Shown one piece after another: positions 1-12,174 of a DNA stretch of 64,000 nt. How positions within the stretch are numbered: position 1 is the first letter of the stretch; the number at the start of each line of letters is the position of its first letter. The translations under genes were made by a program, and so were the position numbers. The notes beneath the pieces were generated by a model. It was not told the DNA's origin and did not search any database. It saw only the letters and a list, made by a program, of their open reading frames with translations. Source of the stretch: Dudresnaya verticillata (lineage: Eukaryota); contig OZ374560.1 of assembly GCA_977862235.1 (NCBI GenBank), forward strand, positions 744,001-808,000, read 5' to 3'.

Positions 1-265
1 CGTTGGGACGAATTTGATTCATGGCTCATTCCGCCTTCTTGAGGGGAGAAGGGCGAGTGGGAAGACGCCAGCAACGACCCATCCCCCTCTACAGTAGTAG
101 AAAGGGCTACTGTAGCGGTGGATCGATTTGGCGCCAACTCACGGGGTGCTTTGTTTGACGAACTCTAATTCGTGAATGAGTGATTCAGATTAGTTTGATT
201 CGTGAAGAATTGCGCAGACGAATTTGATTCGTCGTCCAATCCACTGCCATGCTCTTGGGTGGTCG
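1..265 (-). mobile_element. Continuation of the 3' non-coding region of element B beyond the A insertion
   Basis: Joined to 13598 by the TSD; the reverse complement aligns with D at about 44420-44560 (TTGGCGCCAA, CTACAGTA..TACTGTAG, TTGCTGGC, AGGCGGA). Confidence 0.8.
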
Positions 266-1166
266 TGTGGTGCAAGGGGAGGTGAGCCCTTTTTCGCTGA
301 AAGCGGGCAAACCAAATACGTCGACCGACGGAGAAACCGCCACCGGCGCTCACCACCCCCGTTGGCGCGCGAACACGTCATCGACGGCTCACTGGGGCGC
401 GCGCGCACACTGCGCGCCGTGCGCCACGCGGGCATTGTACGGTGATGGGCCGACATGGCGCCCCGGGGCACTGTAATACGGATCCAGATGGGATCCGGAT
501 CCGATATCCAGATTGGCTATCTGAATCCCCTGAGCTGGAATATACGCGCGTGTAAGGCTGCGGGTGTTCGCATTGCTGGCCCGATCCGGATCGGATCGGG
601 ATCGGAAAAGTACCGGATTAGATCCAAGGCGCACGCTCTACAGTACGCGCGCGCGCACAGCTGTAAGGCACACGCGTCCACGTGTGTGTGTAAGCACCCA
701 CACAGGGGGTTGTACGGCAACCTGTCAGGCGCACGGCTGCATGCAATGGGTGATCTGTCAGACGCGCCTCGGGGCGACACGTGTCCCGAGTTCCCGCGCT
801 ACGCACACGCACCGCCACCGCCGCACCCGCGTACTATACTTAGGTAAGCCGTCCCAGACGTAGCAGTAAACGCCCGGGCAAACCGGCCTTGGTCCAGACT
901 TCCCCGTTCCGCACGCGCGTATCCTACCGCTGCCTACGGCTCAAGCGTCTACCTCCCGTGCTTCCACGTCTATCATCTTCCTTGACGTGTTCCCTTTCTG
1001 TTTCCTTTTCCCTTCCTTTCCGCCTCGGGCGTTTACAGTCCGCCCAAGGCGTATCCATTGCTCTACCACAAGTCGCCCAAGGCGGGACTACTCACCGCCA
1101 AGGGCGCAGCTACCCACCGAGCCCCGAACTGCTCGGCGGTCTATCGTCTCAGACGTTTGCACCACA
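266..1166 (+). repeat. 5' LTR of element A
   Basis: TGTGGTGCAA...TTGCACCACA 10-bp terminal inverted repeat; direct repeat of 12697-13597 with about 15 substitutions counted by eye. Confidence 0.97.
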
Positions 1167-1168
1167 TC

Positions 1169-1184
1169 TGGTCTCCCGACCTAG
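1169..1184 (+). promoter_or_regulatory. Primer-binding site of A (probably tRNA-Tyr)
   Basis: TGGTCTCCCGACCTAG 2 nt after the LTR; same sequence in D and B; TGG is complementary to the tRNA CCA end. Confidence 0.85.
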
Positions 1185-1293
1185 AATTGTGCTACGTTTC
1201 AACGAGTTACTCCGTCGTGCGACGTCCGACTCTCCGTCTTCAGACGTTTGTCGCTAATCGTCCACGACGTTCAAGCAACTCTACGATTGTATC

Positions 1294-3855
1294 ATGGCCT
1301 CACGACCGCCACCGTCGCGAGGTCCAAGTTCAAGAAGACCGTCTTCGACGTCTGGGAGTGTACCTGCGTCAGAACGGTCGCTACAGCGGATGACAACGAG
1401 GTCTGGGCGCCTCGTGAGCCCCGAGATCGCGTCGGCTTTCCCGACGCTACCCCCGGGCCACGGCCACGCAGGCTCCCACGCGTCGCTCAACGGAGGAGAG
1501 TTACCTCCCCCGCCGACGCGCAACCCCGTCGTCGTCCGCACCTCAGTCCCCGAGGGATCGGCCCTCCGCACCTACCGCTCCTACGTTGGCTCGGTTGATA
1601 CAGTACAAGCCGAGCAACAGGACGTCGTAGACGGAACACAAGCCGACATCGTCGAGGGACAACCGGAACTTCCGGATCAACCAACCGTCCCCGTCAACGA
1701 CGATCAAGGGCACTCCGCGGAGCGCAATGTCGCTGACGAACCATTGACACACGGGGCATGTTGCCCCACTCCCCACGGCAGTACCGGTTGTTCGCCGGCT
1801 AAGCCGAAGTCGCCAATTCAAAGGGCGCAAGGGACGCGCGACCGGTCAAACCGCGAAAGCCAACCGTCAACGGAGTCACCCTCGGCCGTCCGCGTGAGTA
1901 ACTTATCGATACCACGCGAACGGATCCGAGAGGTGTGCGTCTTGGAGGACGATGTGATGCTCGCTAGATTCGCCGGGTTGCTGGACGCCAGTGTCGGAGG
2001 AATCGCAAGTCGTCTACAAACGTTGGAAGAGGATCGGGACGGCGCCCTACAAGGGCTTCGATCCGACCTCGACCGTCTATTGACGAACCAAAACGCCCAA
2101 GGCGAGGGTACACAACCACCGCCGGCAGTAACGGTTCATTCACATTCTGAGCTTAGCTCACTCGAACGCTTTCAGCGACTTGCGACTCGCTTAGAGCGTC
2201 TCGAAACCGCCAAATGGCGCAACGGTTCACCGTCGGGTGACGAGAGCTCGTGCGAAGATCGTCACAGACGCAAGGATCGGAAGAGACGCCGTCGCAAGCT
2301 GCGGCAGAGACGGAAGAAGAACCTTCATCGACGTGGGGACTCATCCTCGTCCTCTTCGGACTCGTCAAGCGACGGAGAGTCATCAGACTCTTCGTCTGAA
2401 GACGACGACTTCCCAGCTCTCGGCAGTGCCGCAAGACCTCGCGGAAAGCGGTTCAAGGGATTGAAGGAGCTGCGCCCCTCCAACCCCCTTTTCGATCAGT
2501 TATTATCGTACAGGACTTACCGTCTCAAAGACGTAGGGCAAAAACGCTCAGGGCGCAACACTGGTAAGGTCAATGACCATATTAAGCGCTTGGAGCTGAC
2601 CATGATGGACGCCGCCTTCAACGGCAGCGACCCCGTCATGGTCCTCACGTTCCTGACGCGTTACGCGGATAAAGCCGATACGCTGGAGATGAGCGAATCC
2701 CAAGCGTTCGTCGCACTGCCGTACTTCTTGCGAGGTACGGCAGCTACGCAATTCCGCTCCGTCAAGTCGACGTCTTCTAGCCATTGCGGCGGGGTGTCCT
2801 CGTATCCGGAGGCGGTGCACTACCTCCTCCGTACGTATGCTACGCCAGCGGCGATCAGGGACGCTGTCCTCGCCCTACGGTCGACTGCCCAGAAGCAAGT
2901 CGAGGACGAGACGACCTATGGGATGCGGCTAGCTGGTGCGTGTATTCGTTGCAGTAACGTATATCCCGATTGGGAAAAGATGACGCTGTACATCGACGGG
3001 TTGGACCCGTCGATCAGGTCCCTGGTCGCTCGCTTCCGAGAAGAACCGCCAAGGGCGGGGTTTTCATTTGAGTGGCTGGTCCACTTCGCACAGGACGAAG
3101 GGGATGCCAACCGCGCACGACACGGCAGGGCCGGTTCCGCGTCAGAACGACGTGACCTACTGACACCGGCTCAAGCCGTACGCACATCGCGATCCGCCAT
3201 CGGCGATGCCCGAGGTGTACTGCGTCCACAGACGAGAGGCGCAAAGCCTGTAGCGCGCGCTATGATAGCGGAGTCCTCCGTCGAGTTCCGAGACGTTAGC
3301 CGCCCGGTCGATGACATGGAAACACACGCCGAAGGCGATCTGTACTTGGCAGACGAGCAAGCGTCGGTGCCAACCTCGGCTCTACCGACGGACAGCTACG
3401 TCGACGACGAAGACGCAAGGGATATGGACCCTGCTCTCGCCTTTCGGCGCTCGGTCGTACCCGCGCCACGCGTCCCCTATTCAGAGTATGCTCCTCACGT
3501 TCACCGAGCAAGGCCCGGATGGCAGGACAGAGGTCCGCCCCGTCAAGACGCACGTCGGCAGCTGGTATGCCACCAATGCTACGCCCGCGGACACATCGCG
3601 CCGGACTGCTCCCTCCGCATGAGCGACTTCATGAAGGTTATTACCAACTATGAAGGACTAACCGAGGCCGAGAAGGCTGGTGTCCCCGCTGATGCGTATG
3701 TACGTTGCAAGGAACGCGCGACCCGCGACGCTGCTCGCCGTGCTGCACGACCACAATCGCCACGAGGCGGACCCATGCCGCACGCGGCAGAACGTCATCC
3801 GACGATAATCAATCGCTATGTAGCGCCACAACCACCGCTGCAGGCGAAAAACTAA
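1294..3855 (+). CDS. gag: Gag of element A
   Basis: 853-aa open ORF after the PBS; capsid-like region (FNGSDP...FL) and CCHC knuckle CHQCYARGHIAPDC. Confidence 0.9.
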   Translation: MASRPPPSRGPSSRRPSSTSGSVPASERSLQRMTTRSGRLVSPEIASAFPTLPPGHGHAGSHASLNGGELPPPPTRNPVVVRTSVPEGSALRTYRSYVGSVDTVQAEQQDVVDGTQADIVEGQPELPDQPTVPVNDDQGHSAERNVADEPLTHGACCPTPHGSTGCSPAKPKSPIQRAQGTRDRSNRESQPSTESPSAVRVSNLSIPRERIREVCVLEDDVMLARFAGLLDASVGGIASRLQTLEEDRDGALQGLRSDLDRLLTNQNAQGEGTQPPPAVTVHSHSELSSLERFQRLATRLERLETAKWRNGSPSGDESSCEDRHRRKDRKRRRRKLRQRRKKNLHRRGDSSSSSSDSSSDGESSDSSSEDDDFPALGSAARPRGKRFKGLKELRPSNPLFDQLLSYRTYRLKDVGQKRSGRNTGKVNDHIKRLELTMMDAAFNGSDPVMVLTFLTRYADKADTLEMSESQAFVALPYFLRGTAATQFRSVKSTSSSHCGGVSSYPEAVHYLLRTYATPAAIRDAVLALRSTAQKQVEDETTYGMRLAGACIRCSNVYPDWEKMTLYIDGLDPSIRSLVARFREEPPRAGFSFEWLVHFAQDEGDANRARHGRAGSASERRDLLTPAQAVRTSRSAIGDARGVLRPQTRGAKPVARAMIAESSVEFRDVSRPVDDMETHAEGDLYLADEQASVPTSALPTDSYVDDEDARDMDPALAFRRSVVPAPRVPYSEYAPHVHRARPGWQDRGPPRQDARRQLVCHQCYARGHIAPDCSLRMSDFMKVITNYEGLTEAEKAGVPADAYVRCKERATRDAARRAARPQSPRGGPMPHAAERHPTIINRYVAPQPPLQAKN

Positions 3856-6800
3856 CTCTGGCACCAAATCCTGACACTGGGGTGTCGCACCGCGAAGAGA
3901 GGCCTAGGCCTCGGGTGCTGACACGGAAGGAGGGCCCGAAGTTAGTTACTGATGACGCCAACGGGCGGATAGAGCCGTCACAGACGTCATTAAGACGCCC
4001 ATGGCGAAGGTACGAGCCCCCCAGGCGCGAGGGCAGTTGTTCGTAATGGCCAAGAGGAACTATAAGGTGTACGCCGATTTGGGCGGAAGCGTTAGTACCT
4101 TGGCACGTAAACTCACTGTCCTCGACACGGGGGCTGGTCCGAATTTCATTCGCATTGACGGCATTCCGCTGGAAGTGCGATCGCGCATCGTGGCAAAGAG
4201 CCTCCCCGTCATAGCCGACGCCAACAATAAGGCGATCCAGACAAGAGGCACCATCGACCTGGTCGTTCATCTAGGACGGAGAGTCGTCAAGTTGGAACTG
4301 ATCGTTTGCGAACGACTCGCTGCGCCGGTTATACTTGGCTGCGACTTTTGCGACCGCTTCGTCGAAGCAATATATCCGCGAAGTCGAGAGGTTGAATTGG
4401 ATGACGGGACTCGTGTCTCTATAACGCGCCGCCCGCTGCGCCGACCCCCGTCGTATCCTCCGTTACCAACGGAACAGGAATACGGCAAGGACGAAGGAAG
4501 GACGTCGCCCAAGATCCGAGTCGCCGAGCGTGCGATCATCCCGCCTAAGGCGCAGCAATGGGTATCAGTGACCACCGAGCGCGCCGGCATCATCACGATT
4601 CAACCGTTCGGAACGCTGTATGACAAACAAGGTCTGGCCGTTACGAACGGGATTGCTCAAGTGGAGCCGCTAAAAGCGTTTCGCATTCTGGTTGCCAACT
4701 TCTCTCCCCGCCCGCAGGCGCTAGCCAATGGCCAAGTCGTGTCGCGGCGGCGTTACCACATCCGACAGCAGTGTTCCCCAGTCACGTAAGTCTAGCCGAT
4801 GTTTTGGGCCTCACAGAGGAACAGGCCGAGGAGGAGAAGGCAAACCAAGATTCCCGTTTTCAAACGAACGATAACACTGCGGCACAGCCGGATACTTTCA
4901 CGAAGTCTATCGAGGCAACCACTGCCAAACCTCCGTCGGTAGACGATTTGGACCTGAGCCATCTCCCCGCCGAGCATCAAGGCCGGCTTAAGGAGATGTT
5001 GCGCAAGTATTCGTCTATGTGGGACGGTTCGCTGGGGGAAATCTCAACCACGGAGCACTACATCGACTTGTTTCCCGGCTCTAGACCGATATCGTCCCCG
5101 CCCTACCGAGCGGGGCCGAAGCAGAGACAACTCGCTCAAGCGGAAGTGGACCGCATGCTGCGTCAAGGGTTTATCGAGCCCGCACAATCGCCGTGGGCGT
5201 CACCAGTGGTCTTCGCCCCCAGGAAGGACGGGACCCTCCGCTTTTGCGTAGACTACCGTCGTTTAAACGCAGTAACCGTACGGGACACGTACCTCCCGCC
5301 GCGTATCGACGAATGCATTGACAGTCTAGGAGAAGCAAACGTCTTCACCACCCTAGACTGTAACAGTGGGTACTGGCAGGTGCCGATCAATCCGCGAGAC
5401 CGTGATAAGACTGCGTTCACGTGCCACGCCGGACTGTTCCGCTATAAGCGTATGCCATTCGGTCTGACGAACGCACCCGCTACGTTTCAACGAACGTTGG
5501 ACATACTGCTCGCTGGTTACAAATGGCGTTCGTGCCTCGTCTACCTCGACGACGTAATAATCTTCTCCAGCGAAATCGACAGTCACTTCCGTCATGTTGG
5601 CGAGATCCTTTCGATATTGCACCGCGCTGGGGTGACTCTGAAGTTGACCAGGTGTGATTTCTTCACCCCGACTGTCAACTACTTAGGACACGTCATACGT
5701 CCAGGACGGTTAGAAGTTGACCAAACTGTCACTGCCGCGCTACGCGAAGCCAAGCATCCACGGGATCAGAAGGAGCTACGGAGTTTGCTCGGTCTTTGTA
5801 AGGTCTACAGACGGTTCGTCTCGCGATACGCGCATGTCGCCGCCCCCCTCAACAAGTTGCTGAGGAAGGAACAGGACTTTCGGTTACAACAGTTCGATGA
5901 GATACAAGCCAAAGCGTTCAGTACGCTCGTCGAGGCCGTGACTCAGCCGCCAATACTGGCGCTAGCACAGCAGGGTCTCCCCTATTCCATCGACTGTGAC
6001 GCAAGCGAGTATCAGGTCGGCTGCGCTCTCTTTCAAACGCAGCCCGACGGGGAACGTAAGCCACTCGGCTTCTGGTCCCGCTCGCTCACCGCTCCAGAAC
6101 GTAACTACTCGGTCTCCGAAAAGGAGTGCCTCGCAGTAGTATGGTCCGTCATGACGCTGCGACCTTACCTCCAGATGGAGTCGTTCACAGTCCATACGGA
6201 CCATTCGTCATTGAGGTGGCTGATGGAAATCAGCGACCCCTCTGGACGGTTAATGCGGTGGCGCCTTCGCCTTTCCGAGTTCGACTTTGTCGTGAAGTAC
6301 AAAAAGGGGTACCTGAATACTCAGGCAGATGCCCTTTCGCGTCTACAGACGAAGGGCGAAACCGTCGAGCCCATTGACGATAATATACCATGCTATCACG
6401 GAAGCTACGTCGAAGACGGCCATCAAACGTCACAAGACGATTTGTCAGACGCCGAAGGCGAGGTTGACTTCGCCGAACGAGAGTTCTAAGAGTTCGACCA
6501 AGTGTTGATCAACAACACGCCACCGGCGGATGAGGTACCCCGTCGTCAAGTGACGCATGAAGAGTTGGTACACGCCCAAGGCGACGAAAAATACTGTAAC
6601 GATGTCAGGAAACGTCTGGATGACGGGATCATCTTACCGTTCGCAACGGATGAACAGGGCCTGATGGTCCGAACAGTGGAGGTCCGTCCGCAAGTGGTCG
6701 TACCCTCCGCGTTACGCGCTCGCTTACTCCACCTCTGGCACCACGCCAAGTTGGCAGGGCACCCAGGGGGGCGTAAGTTGTATCATACGCTTCGACGCGA

Positions 6801-8573
6801 ATACTATTGGCCATCGATGCCAGTGGACTGCTATGCGACTGTCCGCAACTGCGTAACCTGCGCTGAGAATCGCGTATTGCTGCGAAAGAACACCAAGCAA
6901 TTGAAGTTATTCCCGGCAACCGAGCCTCTCCAATTCGTATCGATCGACATCCTGGGCGAACCCATATGCACGAAGCGAGGAAACAAGTTCCTACTCGTCA
7001 TTGTGGACCGCTTCTCGAAGCTGGTCCGGACGGTCCCACTGCGTAGTATTACGGCATTGGAAATCGTTAAGGCGTTTGTAAGACATTGGGTCTTCGTGTG
7101 CGGCCCCCCCAAGAAACTGTTATCCGACAACGGACCACAGTTTGTGGCTAAGCTGTTTCAGGATATCTGCCGTCTTTTGGGAGTGGAGAATCTCTTCACC
7201 ACGACGTACCATCCGCAATGCAATGGCCAGGTAGAGCGATTCAATCGAACTATCCTGGCCTCGCTGCGTCACTACGTTGCGGATCATCCGAGAGACTGGG
7301 ACCTGTTCACGGATGCCTTGACGTTCGCATACAACACACAGTTGCATTCGTCTACGCATCTCGCTCCGTTTGAATTGGTGCTGTCTAAGCCACCACGACC
7401 ACTGTCGCTCGAAGCGGAACCGTCGCTCGAAAGCGTACCCACCGCGGGGCAGTACTACACCAAGTGGCGAACCTGGTTGGCCGCACTGATGGGAACCGCT
7501 AAAGCGTCGCTAGAGAAAACTCAAGCACGTTACAAACGAAACTTCGATACCCGATTAAGGAAATCGAAGGAAGCAATTGCCGTAGGCGACTTCGTATTCG
7601 TACGTAAGGAATACTTCGCCCGAGGCGGGAGCACGGATCGCGCAGATCGTAAGCATAAGCTGGCGCCAGTGGCGGACGGACCATATCGGGTAACACACGT
7701 TGATAACGAGACAGTAACCGTCGACAAGGGACGTGACGAGCGGGAACGTTTGTCCCGAGACCGCTTGGTCTGGGCGCCGACCCCACCAGGTCAGGCGGCC
7801 CCTCCAATCGTCGTACCACCAGGCCCGCCTGAGGAGCAGGAAGCAGTCGCCCCCACGTCACAAGAAGAAGGTACGACTACCCCAAGTGCGCCACCAGCGG
7901 ACCCGGAGGGGGACGCAGAGACTTCGCATACTGCGGGAGATCCGCAAGAGCGTACGATCGCAGTGTCACGCAGTCGTGGGTTGGCAGAGCTTTCGCCCTT
8001 CGCCGCCGACCCCGACGACCGCGCTTCGCAATCCGTCTCCAACGACGACAATACCCCAGGGGTTCGCACCCGTTTGGCACACGTCGCTACGGCACCGCCG
8101 AATGAGAACAATGACTCCGCTGAAAGCGCGTCTGATAACGAAGACGTTAACCGTGCAAGCACGAAGCAAGGCGCTGCAAGCGATGGACTCGTCTCACGAC
8201 GCAGCAACCCACTTACCGCTGATCGAGCGTCCGAGGCCCAAGGGCAACGCCTTCGGCGATCAACTCGTCGAGTACGCTTCGCCGAACCGGAACAGACGCC
8301 ATCACGCAACGAGACGAACCGCCAAAGGCGCTGGAAAGGCCCATGTCCAAGCCGAACGCTGTGAGCGGGAAAGAATACGTGATTGAACGCATCGAGTCGC
8401 ACGCGGACGCGGATGATGATGAGATCCTCTACCGCGTCAAGTGGTTTGGATACCCCGCTTCAGCGAACACCTGGGAGCCAGTCTCCAGTTTCCCGCGATC
8501 CCATGTCACACGGTACCACCGTCGAAAACGTACGCAGCTGCCGCCAAACGTCGACGACGCGCAGCGCGGCTAA
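3846..8573 (+). pseudogene. pol: Pol of element A: protease (4001-4789), RT/RNase H (4771-6489), integrase (6502-8364), chromodomain (8343-8573)
   Basis: LDTGA protease motif; RFCVDYRRLN, YLDD, DAS; HHCC, D..D..E, GPY; chromodomain EYVIERI...YRVKWFGY...NTWEP; frameshifts near 4000-4040, 4740 and 8340 and an in-frame TAA at 6487-6489. Confidence 0.95.
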
Positions 8574-9847
8574 CCCTAATCCGGAAATACCGCTGGAAGC
8601 GAATGGACGGACGATCGAGACCGCGTGCTGGATCTACGATCGCCAACGGCGAGGAAGCTCAACCCATGGCCTGTGGACGCGGTCGCCAGAGCGACAGCGC
8701 CAAACACGTGTGCACGCCATGGACGAACGCGGACGCAAGTCGTTGCGTCATAGACAGCCTCGCGCACGCCACCTCGCAGCAGCCCCCATACGGAACCTCT
8801 GGATGGGTGCGCTGTTGACAGTGGATCCAGATCGCAAATCGAGATCCGCCGCCGGCGCCCCTCGGGTAGTAGGAGGCAGTAGTTGGTCAAATTTTAATTT
8901 CCAAACACGGCAGCGCGCACCACCCCGCCGTCAACGCACGAAGAACGCAATCATGCCAAGTGGCCGAGCAGGTGCTGCGAGCCCCAGCGACGACAGGCGC
9001 AAGTGGCAGCGCACAACAACCGTCTCCGACGTCGAGACGTGCACTCGCCCCACGGCCAAGTCCCTGGTACCGCCACCCTGCCGGCCACAGTCTCGCGTGA
9101 AAGCACCCGTCGAACGTCTCCGACGTAACTCGCCGAAGAAGGGGCGCACCGACAAACCCACCCCCAAAAGGGGGGGAAGGTGGTCGAAGACGCAGTTGCT
9201 CTGGGTTCCGTGCACGACGCGCCAACAAATCGCCAACGACTCCGCCGCTGCCCGCGGCCGCCGCGGTCGCAGTCGCGCGAGCGCGACCACTCTACCCTAC
9301 CCCCAAGGAGGAACGTCGAAGAAGAACGGGGCGGTAACGCCAAGGCGTCAACACCTACCTTACCAACTTCGCGACCCGCGTCGAGGACGCCGACAAACCA
9401 CGCCCAAGGCACAGTGCGACACATGCATTACAAAAACGCTAAGTAAGCGGAAATACGCCAACGTCGCACGTGAAACACGAAGAACAACGCTACTACAGCG
9501 GACACTATCAGCCAGACACAGCCGAAGCGCAACGCACTGCCAAGGCTAAAGGCATCAAACGCCAATTCTACTGTAGCGGGCAATCAAGAACACTACGAAA
9601 AGTCGAGAAAGGAGCACAGGTTACACCCTAAGGCCAACGCGAAACGCGACACTAAAAGACGCTGACAATGGCCGAAGTTTACTGGACTAAAAACAAATGG
9701 GGACAACCCCTCGCCCTAGCGATCGACCACTACAGCTACATCAATCGTCAAAGACGAAGGGGAATACCCCGCTCATCGGTCCCGCAAGGGAGCCGAAGGG
9801 CACCACAATACGCACCCTCGCGTCCGCTATCCGTTCCTGAAACGACA

Positions 9848-12174
9848 TCAAGACTCTTTCGTCGCAGACGAATCGGCTGGCACATCCTTGGCGCCTTCGG
9901 CGGACTCGCGCAACGCCTCTTCGTAGAGGTCGTCCTCCGTCATCGACGGTACACTCAGGACAGGAGCCGGGGCGGACCGCAAAGGCCTTGCCACTGTAAC
10001 TGCCGGAGTGTCTTCAACAGACGCCGCAGGCGAAAGGGGCGACTTATCAATCGCCTTCGGCGTCGTCGCGACAATATCCGCCAAAGGCGATGAAGCAATA
10101 ACACCAGCCACAGGCGCAGAGCTCAAGCTATCGTTCGCCTTAGGCGCGGGCACAGCCCCATCCGCTTTACGCGTCGTCAACGACTCGTCGATCACCTTTG
10201 GCGTCAGTTCAGAAACCGCCTTGATTAGCGTCGCCTCTTCACTCGCCTTCGGCGTTGTTAATCCGACACCCGTCAATGACGCAGGAGCACCTGGCCCCAT
10301 TGGAATCGTCAACGACGCTATAGCGGCATTCGCTTCGCTCGCCGCAGGCGGTACAGTCATACTCACGTCTTTAGACGCTGGACCATTCTCCTTAGGCGAC
10401 GAAGGCTTCTCTGCCATACCGTCCTTCGACGCAGAACCTACGGCACTAGTCGGCTTCGGCGCGGGCCCACCCTGAGGTGGAACCGCAGCCGACAAAGATT
10501 GGCTCATCAACTCAGTGGGTGAGCCGCTCAGACCGCTAGTAGCGACGCCGGCAGCCTGCAATAACGCAAGCACGGTGCGGCGCTGTTCTTCGGTCCAAGC
10601 CGGCACCGAAGCGGGACTCCCAGAACCGTCTGCGACGTTTGATACTTCGCCTTGAGGCGTCACGGTCGGCGGAGCCGACTCCAATATTGGCGTCGCCATA
10701 ACGGCATCTCCATCATCGTCAGCGACGGAAGCCGCAAGGTCCAGAGGCACAACAGCTGGCAGGCCAGCTGGCACTCCACCGCCACCGACAGCACCTCCGG
10801 GCAAAGCAGAAGACGTGGGTGCAGGCTCGGCAGTCGACTCAACCGCCATAGGCGTAGCGATATCCGTCCCAGACGGGCTCTCCGGTCCGCCATCGGCGTT
10901 AAACGCACCCTCCTCGGCCATTGAGGCACTCAAATGCGGAGGAAAATCACCGACAAAGTCGCAGCTCTTACGCAAACCACGCGGGTGATTACCCGGAGTG
11001 AAGCGGTCCGTTTTGCGATGGCGCTCCGCAACGTTCTTCGTGGTACGGCGCTTAGTCCATGGATTATAATGGATCCAATCGCCACAGGCGGAGTGAGTAC
11101 GACTCATCGCGAATCGCGGAAGGCTCGCCTTACGGCGGTTGTTCGCATACGGCACCATCGCCGGGTCGTTCCAATCGATCTCATCCGCCACAGTGCGCAG
11201 GTTCCAGAACTCCTCGGCGTTCCGGGAACCGCCAAATATTTCGACCAAGTCGAGGCTGCCAAGCTGAGCCACCACACGCGGGGGTAGATGGTACATACGG
11301 AAGGTGTCATACACCTCCCATAACCACGCATACGCCACATTGGCGACCCACTCCGTGTAAAACACGATCCAATACCTGGAATATGGGTCGGTCATCAGCT
11401 CGGAACCAAGATACGTGACACACGGAGGAAGCTCTACGGAGAAACCCTCGTATATCTCAAACTCGCGCCATACAGGTGGCACGTTCACGAAACAGAAGGG
11501 TAACTTACTACGCTCAATGCGATCGACGTGCATGTCCTGGTAAGGTACGAATACGCCCTTTCGGCGATGCGTCTCGCACTCCCACCGGATACAACGCTCC
11601 CAGAAGAACGTACCCGTACGATGCAAGTAACGAAAATCCGCTTTCAAGCGTACGCCTAATAGGTAAGCCTCTCCCAACACACGGGGCTCAATCGACACGC
11701 TCACATCTTTGAGCGATAGCGTCCCGAGACGAGCACTACACTCGGCTTCGCCGGCTGTGCGGTATTGTCCCGCATCATAATTGACCAAGGGCGGCGTTAC
11801 CGTCGACCCCGGATAAAGCGTGAAGCGACGATACACGTCTGAGACGAACTGCGCTTGGACGTCCGCACGCGACTGTCCCGCTCGCACCCAAAGCCATTCC
11901 GCGGGAACAGCACAGCGCAAGTTCCATTCCAACGTCCAGACGACGCCGAGGGGCAGGCCCCCCGGCAAGAAACCGCTAGTAGCGTAATGAGCGACCAATT
12001 CTTCCTCGCGAAAAGCCTCCTGGTCAAACCAGGGGGCCCGCGCAAAGAAATGCGCGTGATCCGCGCAAAGAAATGCGCGTGATCGCGAGGGTTTTTTCCG
12101 ACGAAGTCGACCGGCGAAGCGTACACCGGCGCGGGCGAGGGCGCCGCCACCTGCATGCCATTGAACATCGGCAT
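9848..12174 (-). CDS. Antisense additional ORF of element A, unknown function (716 aa open; about 767 aa after removing a 23-bp duplication)
   Basis: Long ORF inside the element between the chromodomain and PPT; W/Y/F-rich globular N-half homologous to the antisense ORF of D; A/P/S/T-rich tail. Confidence 0.85.

Noticed and set aside
470..630. GGATCC/GATC-rich cluster as a CRISPR or iteron array
   Set aside because: Irregular low-complexity LTR sequence with no constant repeat-spacer period
224..1257. Short ORFs duplicated at 12460-13677
   Set aside because: They lie within the A LTRs and recur only because the LTR is repeated
8383..9549. 388-aa plus-strand Arg-rich ORF after the A integrase
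   Set aside because: Overlaps the chromodomain in another frame, has no ATG-supported start or motif, and has no counterpart in B or D; likely a GC-rich chance frame
9848..11998. Antisense ORF as an env-like gene
   Set aside because: Wrong strand for env and no evident signal peptide or transmembrane anchor
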